This document shows positions 50,670 to 58,216 of a DNA stretch of 64,000 nt, one piece after another (within the stretch, counting starts at the first letter, position 1; every line of letters begins with the position of its first letter). This DNA is from an uncultured Candidatus Rokubacteria bacterium (GTDB lineage Bacteria; Methylomirabilota; Methylomirabilia; Rokubacteriales; DASRDR01). The notes below the pieces were generated by a model. It did not search any database, was not told the origin of the DNA, and worked only from the letters and a program-made list of their open reading frames with translations. The position numbers were made by a program, and so were the translations under genes. Location: the NCBI GenBank assembly GCA_963826115.1, contig CAWGVS010000011.1, positions 1-64,000 on the forward strand. The letters run 5' to 3'.

Positions 50670-51646
50670 CCGGCGGGGTGCGCCGCGTGAAGCTCGGGCG
50701 CGCGGCCGGATCGGCGGCCGTCCTCGCGTTGATCGGGCTCGCGCCCCTCGTGATCGCCCGGGAAGACTGGCTCAACCTGGGAGTCGTGTTCTTCCTCGTG
50801 GTGGCTCTCGCGCAGAGCTGGAACATCATGGGCGGCCTCGCGGGGCAGGTGAACCTCGGCCACGCGGCCTTCTTCGGGCTCGGCGCCCTGGTGACGCGCC
50901 ATCTCTGGACCGCCGGCACGCCGGTGGTCGTCGCGATGGGAGCGGGCACGGCGGTCGCCACGGTCGCCGGCCTCGCCGTCGGACTGGTCGCGTTCCGGCT
51001 GCGCGGCGCGTACTTCGCCATCGGGACCCTGGCCCTGGCCGAGGTGCTCCGCATCGCCGTCGGCAACCTGTTGCCCGAGATCTCCACGCTTCCGGCGGCC
51101 GCCATCGCCGCCTACCGGCTCCCCGACCGCTACTACGCCGCGGCGCTTCTGGCCGTGGGTAGCACGCTCGTGGTGGCATGGGTCGCGAGCTCGCGTCTCG
51201 GGCTCGCGATGGAGGCCATCCGGGAAGACGAGGGCGCCGCCGAGGCCTCGGGGGTGGGGGCGTTCCGCGTGAAGCTCGCGGCCGTGGCCGTGTCGACCAG
51301 CCTCGCGGGGCTGGCGGGCGGGCTGTTCGCCTTCTACCACATCAGCTATTACCCGCAGCACGCGTTCGGCCCGACCTGGACCTTCGACGCCGTGCTCGTG
51401 ACCTTCATCGGGGGCGTGGGCACGGTGCACGGGCCCGTTCTCGGCGCGGCCCTGTTCGTGTTCCTGCGGGAGTACCTGGCGCTGCACTGGGTGGACCTCC
51501 ACCTCCTGATCTTCGGGGTCCTGTTCATCGCCATCGTGCTGCTCCTGCCGGGAGGGCTCGTCGAGGCGACCGCGCGGCTGCGGGGGCTCGCCGGCCGGCG
51601 TCGCCCGCGTGGCGCCGACGGGGCGGGGGCGGCCCGCTCCGTCTGA
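50666..51646 (+). CDS. livM: Liv-type ABC permease
   Basis: SWNIMGGLAGQVNLGHAAFFG, RLRGAYFAIGTLA, AIREDE, GGVGTVHGPVLGA. Confidence 0.88.
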   Translation: MTGGVRRVKLGRAAGSAAVLALIGLAPLVIAREDWLNLGVVFFLVVALAQSWNIMGGLAGQVNLGHAAFFGLGALVTRHLWTAGTPVVVAMGAGTAVATVAGLAVGLVAFRLRGAYFAIGTLALAEVLRIAVGNLLPEISTLPAAAIAAYRLPDRYYAAALLAVGSTLVVAWVASSRLGLAMEAIREDEGAAEASGVGAFRVKLAAVAVSTSLAGLAGGLFAFYHISYYPQHAFGPTWTFDAVLVTFIGGVGTVHGPVLGAALFVFLREYLALHWVDLHLLIFGVLFIAIVLLLPGGLVEATARLRGLAGRRRPRGADGAGAARSV

Positions 51647-51787
51647 GCGCCGCGGCCGCTCGCCCCGGGGCGCCGGGCAGGGGGAAGCCTTGCCATGTCG
51701 GGAGTGATCGGGCATAGTGTCCCGGGCTTCGCGCCTCAACGCGGCCGCCCTCACCCGAACCCGTGGCCCCGGCCGCGAGGAGCGCAC

Positions 51788-53161
51788 ATGGCGACGTCCG
51801 AGAGCTTCCCCGCGCTCGGAGCGATTCCCGTCGGCTACGGACCCGAGGGTATCGCCGTCGACGGCGAGGGCCGCCGGGGCTACGTCGCGTGCGCGCGGGC
51901 CAACACGGTCGCCGTCTTCGACCTCGATTCCCGCGAGGTGATCGCCCAGGTGCCGGTCGGCCAGGAGCCGATCGGGCTCGTGCACGACCGGGACGGCGGC
52001 CGCGTCTTCTCGACGGACGCCCGCTCCGACGTCGTGTCGGTCATCGACACCGCGAGCCTCAAGATCGTCAAGCAGATCCCCGTGCAGCACTACCCGGCCG
52101 GCGCGGGGTTCTACGCCGAGCGCCGCAAGATGTACGTCGGGAACACTGCCGACGGGACGGTGAGCGTCATCGACGCCGACCGGCTCGAGGTCATCGCGAC
52201 CGTCCCGACCAAGCTCGCGGCGGGGAGCCTCGGGGCCGATCCGATCCGCGACCGCGTCTACTGCGTCAACTTCGGGGACGCGTCGATGACGCTGATCGAC
52301 GGCGAGAAGAACGAGGCGATCGGCGAGATCAAGCTCGACTACGCGCCCTGCAAGATCGCGGTCGACGCGCGGCGGGGGCGCGCCTACGTGGCGAACTCCC
52401 TCGTCAGCACCGTCTCGGTCGTCGATCTCGACCGGCAGGAAGTCGTGGACACGCTGACCGTGGAGCGCGCGCCCGTCGGCATGGGCCTGGGACGCCAGGG
52501 CGACCGCATCTACGCGGCCAACCGGGGGACCGGGCACGTCAGCGTGATCGACCGGGAGAGCGGCCGCGAGTGGGCGCGGGTGCCGGTCGGCAAGGCCCCC
52601 GGGGACCTGGCGGTCGACCAGCAGTCGGGGACGGTGTACGTGTCCGACGCCGGGACCAGCACCGTCAGCGTGTTCCAGGACCGGCTGGACGGCGCGCCGG
52701 CCGAGCTGCCCAAAGACTGGCGTCACCCGCTCGTCGGCAAGCCGCTCCCTTCGTTCAGCCTGCCCGACATGGTGGACGGGCGGCCGCGCACCTCGGAGGA
52801 GTTCAGAGGGAAGAAGTACATCCTGAACTTCTTCGCCAGCTGGTGAGGGCCCTGCAACGCGGAGGCTCCGCTACTCGAGGAAGTGCGTCGCCGGGCCAAG
52901 AAGTTCGGGCTCGAAATCGTCATGGTCAACGTGTGGGAGCACGTGGATCCACGGCGTGAGGCCCAGCATTTCTGCAAGATCCACAACATCGAGGGCACGG
53001 TGCTGATCGACGCCACCGGGGAGTACATCACGCGGCTCGGTCTCCGCGGAGTGCCCCACAACGTGGTCGTCGACAAGAAGGGCATCGTCCAGGCGGTCGG
53101 GGTCACGACCCCCGACGAGGTCCGCGCCACCCTGACCAAGCTGCTCCTGCCCTTCGGCTAG
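51788..53161 (+). CDS. YncE/YVTN beta-propeller fused to a TlpA-like thioredoxin domain, predicted selenoprotein (UGPC; Sec at TGA 52844-52846), 457 aa
   Basis: About seven IPVG..P.G / YVAN / TVSVID repeats, then GKPLPSFSLPD..G....SEEFRGKKYILNFFASW-U-GPCNAEAP...RGVPHNVVVDKKG; both ORF-track halves are in frame. Confidence 0.88.
52859..52871 (+). promoter_or_regulatory. Bacterial SECIS-like hairpin
   Basis: 12 nt after TGA: GCGG-AGGCT-CCGC with G-containing loop; short stem. Confidence 0.6.
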
Positions 53162-53199
53162 GAGCTCTCGCGTGCGCCGGGCCAGCCGGCGCGCGCCCG

Positions 53200-53955
53200 C
53201 TAGTAGCCGGGGCCGCCCCGGAGCCGCCAGACGAGGCGGCGCGCCGTCAGCCGGAGCTTCCACCCCTTGCGGCGACCCCGCTCGCCGCGCCACTTCTGAT
53301 CGAAGTAGTGCTTGTTGATGTGCTCGAACCCGGGCGCGCGCGCCCGCTCCTCGCGCACCGACCGGCTCCCGTGGTGGTGCACGACCACGTCGAGCGTCAC
53401 CGCCGCGCGGAGCCCCGCCCGTCGGAGTCGCCAAAACATGTCCTCGTCTTCGTACTTCGCGCGCGCGAAGGCCTCGTCGAAGCCGCCCAGGCGATCGTAG
53501 AGGTCGCGTCGCGAGAGGAGAACCATGCCGCGGAACTCGTCGGCGAAGTAGCGCCCCGCGAAGCGGGCCCGCACCTCCCGGTTCAGCTCCTCGAGGTCGT
53601 AGTCGAGCGGCCCCTCCCGGATCGCGGGCGACACCCAGGCGAACGTGTTCGCCCGGTGGAACCGGACGAGCCCCTCGAGCCACCCGGATGGGACCTCCAC
53701 GTCACTGTTGACGAGACAGACGAGCTCGCCGCCCGCGGCCGCGATGCCCTGGTTCCAGGCCGCGGCACAGCCGAGGTTCTCCTCGTTCCGGAGCACGCGC
53801 GCTGCCGTCTCCCGGAGGTAGGCGCCCGTCTCGGGCCCGGAGCCGTTGTCGACCACGATTAGCTCGAACGGGCCCGGAGTGTGCCGCGCGATCGAGTCGA
53901 CGGCTCGCCGCGTCCAGGGCAGCGCGTCGCGCACGGCCATCACGAGCGAGATCAT
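53200..53955 (-). CDS. Glycosyltransferase family 2
   Basis: ELIVVDNGS, ENLGCAAAWNQG, LVNSD, GGFDE, YEDED. Confidence 0.9.
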   Translation of the reverse strand: MISLVMAVRDALPWTRRAVDSIARHTPGPFELIVVDNGSGPETGAYLRETAARVLRNEENLGCAAAWNQGIAAAGGELVCLVNSDVEVPSGWLEGLVRFHRANTFAWVSPAIREGPLDYDLEELNREVRARFAGRYFADEFRGMVLLSRRDLYDRLGGFDEAFARAKYEDEDMFWRLRRAGLRAAVTLDVVVHHHGSRSVREERARAPGFEHINKHYFDQKWRGERGRRKGWKLRLTARRLVWRLRGGPGY

Positions 53956-55391
53956 CGGGCCTCCGCTCGGGCCGGCGCCGCCTCGCCGGGGAGGGCGTCC
54001 GGGCGCGGGCCGTGCCACCAGCCCCGGACCGCGCGCTTGATCCGCTTGCGGAGGGGCAGGGGTCGGAGGAACTTCCGGTGCATGGAGCCGTGAGCCTCCA
54101 CGGGGTCACGGGCGCGCCCGAGCGCGGCGAGGCGGCGGCGGAGCCAGCCGTCGAACTCCGCGCGGATGGCGTGCCGCACGTCGGGAAGGGACTCGGCGAG
54201 GTTGACGGTCTCCCCCGGATCCGCGGCCAGGTCGTAGAGCTCGACGGGCGGCCCGCCGTAGAGGTCGGGCTCGCGCGAGACGATCAGCTTGTGCCGGTCG
54301 GTCCGGTACGCCCACTTGCACATCCAGGTGGACTCGGAGGCGACGACGACGCGGCGGGGCTCGCCGGAGGGCTGGCCGGCCAGGAGACCCGCGACGGAGC
54401 GCCCTTCCATGCCGGCCGGGATCGGCAGGCCCAGAAGCTCGAGGATCGTCGGCGCAAGGTCCGGCGTCATCACGATGGACTCGAGCCGCTGCCCCGCGGC
54501 GATGCGGCCCGGCGCGGCCACGAGGAGGGGCGGCCGGATCGTGACGTCGTAGAGGCCGTGGTGCTCGAAGAAGATCCCGTGCTCGCCCAGCGACTCGCCG
54601 TGATCGCCGAGGACGAGCACCAGGGTGTCGCCGAGCGTGCCGAGACCGTCCAGGTGGTCGAGCAGCTCGCCCACGGCGTCGTCGAGGGCCCGCACCTCCG
54701 AGTCGTACTGGGCGCGACACCACTCGACGTCCTCGATGCGGGGACCGGCCGCGTCCGGCCATGCGCGCGCGGCCGGGCGGAGCCACCGGTCGACCAGGTA
54801 GGACTTGAGCGGCCGCGCGTGGAAGGCGTCCAGGCTTCCCTGGTTGGCGGTAGTCGGGTCGCCGTCGTAGAAGAGCGCTCGGTACCGCGCCGGTGGCCAG
54901 TACGGCGTGTGCGTGTCCCCGTAGCGCAGGTAGAGGAAGAAGGGGCGGCCGCGCTGCGCGGTGAGCCATGGGCGGGCCATCGCGTTCATCGCGAAGCCGT
55001 CGAGGTATTCGTGGTCGCTCGTCCGGCGGTAGAGCCGCGTGCCGAACCCCCGGCCCCAGTACTGCTTCCACGCGAGATCGTCCAGGATGGCCGTGGCGTA
55101 GCCGTGCGCCGCGAGGATTGCCGGGAGCCAGGGAGCGCGCCGCGACAGGCGGCATCGCCGGCTCGGCGCCACGATACCGTGCGCGAGGGGGAACTGGCCC
55201 GTCAGGAGGCTCGTGCACGCGGGTTCGGTCGGGGTGGCGGGGGTGAAGAACCGGAGCGCGCGGGCGCCGCTGGCGGCGAGCGCGTCGAGGCGGGGGCTCG
55301 TCGGCCGGGGGCACCCGTAGCACGAGAGGCGGTCCGCGCGCAGGCTGTCCGCGACGAGGATGACGACGTTGGGGCCGGCCCGGCGGCTCAC
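53952..55391 (-). CDS. Sulfatase-like (alkaline phosphatase superfamily) protein
   Basis: PNVVILVADSLRADRL, TEPACTSLLTG, DTHTPY, GDHGE, EHHGLYD, ELYDLAADPGE. Confidence 0.88.
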   Translation of the reverse strand: MSRRAGPNVVILVADSLRADRLSCYGCPRPTSPRLDALAASGARALRFFTPATPTEPACTSLLTGQFPLAHGIVAPSRRCRLSRRAPWLPAILAAHGYATAILDDLAWKQYWGRGFGTRLYRRTSDHEYLDGFAMNAMARPWLTAQRGRPFFLYLRYGDTHTPYWPPARYRALFYDGDPTTANQGSLDAFHARPLKSYLVDRWLRPAARAWPDAAGPRIEDVEWCRAQYDSEVRALDDAVGELLDHLDGLGTLGDTLVLVLGDHGESLGEHGIFFEHHGLYDVTIRPPLLVAAPGRIAAGQRLESIVMTPDLAPTILELLGLPIPAGMEGRSVAGLLAGQPSGEPRRVVVASESTWMCKWAYRTDRHKLIVSREPDLYGGPPVELYDLAADPGETVNLAESLPDVRHAIRAEFDGWLRRRLAALGRARDPVEAHGSMHRKFLRPLPLRKRIKRAVRGWWHGPRPDALPGEAAPARAEAR

Positions 55392-56173
55392 GCGACGACG
55401 CGGGCTCCGCCGAGGAGCGACTGGGGGGCGATGCGCGCGCCGGAGAGAAGCTGCGTCACGACCCAGAGCGCCAGCGCCCCGGCCACGGCGAGCGTGAGAC
55501 CGACGGCCCACGAGAGCCGCCGGGTCGGCCTCTCCAGCCAGGCCGGGCCACCACCGCCCAGCGCCACCCACGCGACGGCGGCGCCCACCACGGTCGGCCA
55601 GAGCCACTTGGCGTTGCGCGGGAGGACTCCGTCCAGGTGGACGATCGAGACGACCGTGAGCACGTAGTAGTAGGAAGCGAGGACGTAACGCACGTGGCGT
55701 CGGAAGAGCCGGGTCCGCGGCTGGAACCCGGCCCGCAGGTCGCGGACGTCGAGGGCGCACAGGATCAGGCCGACGAGGGCGAAGACGCGCATCGGAGTGT
55801 CCTTGAACACCGCGACGGCGAGAACGCCCAGGACGGTCGCGAGCTGGAGCGCCGAGAGCCCCCAGTCGAGCCGCGTCGGCGCCGGCGGGGCCGCCTGCCG
55901 GAAGAGCCGGATCGCGCGGTAGGCGTACAGGAGCATCGAGAAGCCGAGGAAGTTGAAGGTCACGTTGCGCGCGAACGCCCAGGTCGGCCAGTCGTGGCGC
56001 GTCAGGGTCATGACCGCGCCGGAGAGATAGAGCGCCGTCATCCCGTACAGGTAGGCTTGACCCCAGCGCCGATGGAGCCGAGGCGTGGCGAAGGCGCGGA
56101 GCGTGGCGGGCGCGACGACGAAGGCGATGGGATAGCCGAGCGTGCGGTGAGCCAGCTCGACCCAGTCCGTCAC
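55388..56173 (-). CDS. Hypothetical multi-pass membrane protein (DUF2306-like)
   Basis: H..LG, LHRRWGQAYLYGM, RRHV, WLWPTVVG; multiple TM helices. Confidence 0.6.
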   Translation of the reverse strand: MTDWVELAHRTLGYPIAFVVAPATLRAFATPRLHRRWGQAYLYGMTALYLSGAVMTLTRHDWPTWAFARNVTFNFLGFSMLLYAYRAIRLFRQAAPPAPTRLDWGLSALQLATVLGVLAVAVFKDTPMRVFALVGLILCALDVRDLRAGFQPRTRLFRRHVRYVLASYYYVLTVVSIVHLDGVLPRNAKWLWPTVVGAAVAWVALGGGGPAWLERPTRRLSWAVGLTLAVAGALALWVVTQLLSGARIAPQSLLGGARVVA

Positions 56174-56466
56174 GCGCGTCCTTTCCCGGTCCGGCGTGCA
56201 GTGAGTTCGTCGGTCGGCGCCAGGAGGCCGCCCGGCGGGGCTGGCCCGTGCTGACCACCCGTCCGGCCGGCCACGCACCGGCGGGAGGCCCCGTTCGACC
56301 GCGCCCGCCCGCCGGTTGGCCGCCTTGACACTAGGGAACCGGCGGCCCGAGACTCAATGAGCCATTTGACCTAACGGCGTCCCGGAGGGACGGCTTGGCG
56401 CACCGGACCGTGATCGGATGGCGTTCGCGACGAGCCGAGCTCCGCCCACCGGGGTTTCCCTGAGCG

Positions 56467-57537
56467 ATGGATCGCCTCCGCCCCCGCGACCTGCGCCGGC
56501 TGCTCGCCTTCATCGATGGCGTCTACGGGGAGCACGATCTCGACGGCCTCGTCCAGTACCTCCTGCGGGAGCTGCCCGCGCTCATCCCGTGCGACAACGC
56601 GGTCTACAACGAGGCCAACGTGCGGCGTGGTCGGGTCATCTGGCGCGAGGACCCGGCCATCTCCCCGGGACTGCCGGGCGCCCGCCACATCTTCGAGCGC
56701 CACATGGCCGAGCACCCGCTGATCGCCCACACCGAGTGGGACGGCAGCGCCATCCGGATGTCGGACTTTCTCACGCGGCCACAGTTTCACGACCTGGGGC
56801 TCTACCAGGAGTTCTTTCGACGCCTCCGTCTCGAGCACCAGCTGTCCATCCGGCTTCCGACCGCCCAGCGCCTGATGGTGGTGATCAACGTGAACCGCGC
56901 GCGGCAGGACTTCTCCCGGCGCGACCGACTCCTGATGGAGCTGATCCGGCCCCACCTGGCTCGGGCCTACCGGACCGCAGAGGCGATGTCGGACTTGCGC
57001 CGGGGTCTCGGGCTCCTCCAGCACGGCGAGGATGGGCTCCGCCGGGCGCTCGTGGTCCTTGCCGCGGACGGGCGCATCCGCTTCGCCACCGATCGCGCGG
57101 ATGAGTGGCTGCGTCGCTACTTCCCCGGCCGCCGCTCGGCTCCCGATCAGCTCCCCTCGGCTGTTCGTCGGTGGATGCGGGCCCAGGAGGCGGGGCTCCG
57201 GCCGGCGGACGATGCGCCGCGCTCCCGCCCCCCGCTGATCGTGCAGGGCCGCGCGGGGCGGCTCGTGGTGCGACTGAGCTCCGAGCCCGGGAGGAGCCTG
57301 CTCCTCCTCGAAGAGCACTCCCGCGAGGGCTCGCGGCGAGCCCTCCAGGCGCACGGGCTCTCGGAGCGGGAGGCGGAGGTGCTGGCCTGGGTGGCCGAGG
57401 GGAAGACGAACCCGGAGATCGCGGCCATCCTGGGGCTGAGCCCCCGGACGGTGGGGAACCATCTGGCCCGGATCTATGCCCGCCTGGGGGTGGAGACCCG
57501 GACCGCGGCGGCCCGCATCGCCCTGACCGCGCCCTGA
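56467..57537 (+). CDS. LuxR-type HTH regulator with N-terminal GAF-like sensor
   Basis: LSEREAEVLAWVAEGKTNPEIAAILGLSPRTVGNHLARIYARLGVETR. Confidence 0.9.
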   Translation: MDRLRPRDLRRLLAFIDGVYGEHDLDGLVQYLLRELPALIPCDNAVYNEANVRRGRVIWREDPAISPGLPGARHIFERHMAEHPLIAHTEWDGSAIRMSDFLTRPQFHDLGLYQEFFRRLRLEHQLSIRLPTAQRLMVVINVNRARQDFSRRDRLLMELIRPHLARAYRTAEAMSDLRRGLGLLQHGEDGLRRALVVLAADGRIRFATDRADEWLRRYFPGRRSAPDQLPSAVRRWMRAQEAGLRPADDAPRSRPPLIVQGRAGRLVVRLSSEPGRSLLLLEEHSREGSRRALQAHGLSEREAEVLAWVAEGKTNPEIAAILGLSPRTVGNHLARIYARLGVETRTAAARIALTAP

Positions 57538-57689
57538 TCGGGGGACGGGCCGACGGGTGGATCCCGGTGGGGTGCCGGGGAAACCGGGGGTCCGGGGGGC
57601 TCGACACGACGGTCCCGGGGGCCACGCCCGGCGCCGGTGGGGGCCCCGGCTCGGTCCCGGAAGCGGTCCCGCCCGTGGGCACGCGACCG

Positions 57690-57698
57690 TGCTATGCT
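57690..57698 (+). promoter_or_regulatory. Extended -10 promoter element of the RRM gene
   Basis: TGcTATGCT about 45 nt upstream of the start; AAAGGAGG RBS. Confidence 0.5.
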
Positions 57699-57741
57699 GC
57701 GGGGCTAAGTAACGCAGCGAACCGTCACCAAAGGAGGTCCC

Positions 57742-58074
57742 ATGGCGGTCAAGCTGTATGTGGGCGGTCTCTCGTACTCGACCACCTCCGAGGCCCTGCG
57801 CGAGCACTTCGCCCAGTGCGGGACGGTGGAATCGGCCACGGTCATCACCGACCGGTACTCGGGGCAGTCGCGCGGCTTCGGCTTCGTCGAGATGGCGACC
57901 AACGAGGAAGCCCAGAAGGCCGTCAGCATGCACAACGGCCAGCGCCTTGACGGCCGCACGATCAAGGTGGAGGTCGCCAACCCTCAGGGGGCCGGTGGTG
58001 GCGGTGGCGGCGGCCGCGGCGGGCCGGGCATGGGCGGTGGACGCGGAGGATCGGGCCGGCCCCCTCGCTGGTAG
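57742..58074 (+). CDS. RRM RNA-binding protein with Gly-rich tail
   Basis: KLYVGGL (RNP2), RGFGFVEM (RNP1). Confidence 0.95.
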   Translation: MAVKLYVGGLSYSTTSEALREHFAQCGTVESATVITDRYSGQSRGFGFVEMATNEEAQKAVSMHNGQRLDGRTIKVEVANPQGAGGGGGGGRGGPGMGGGRGGSGRPPRW

Positions 58075-58216
58075 CGTCGGCCGTCTCGCCGTCATCCATC
58101 CTGGCGGGATCCGAGCGGATCCTGCCCTCTTGTTGCGCACGCACGCATGCGCGCCAGTCTGTCTGCGCGTGGCCGATGCGACGCGCCCGGCTGCGCGCTG
58201 AGCGGCCCCTCCGGTC

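Noticed and set aside
36890-53161. Alternative genetic code (TGA = Trp/Gly) or nonsense pseudogenes as the explanation for the in-frame TGAs
   Set aside because: TGA is the normal stop for many genes here (kdpB, kdpF, hyfC, livH). The three internal TGAs fall only on catalytic Cys positions and are followed by SECIS-like hairpins.
56325-56420. Riboswitch or ncRNA upstream of the LuxR gene
   Set aside because: Only a TTGACA box and short hairpins are present, and no recognisable aptamer consensus.
57540-57680. Repeat array or CRISPR in the CCGGG-rich intergenic region
   Set aside because: No constant-length repeats with unique spacers and no cas genes; it is low-complexity GC sequence.
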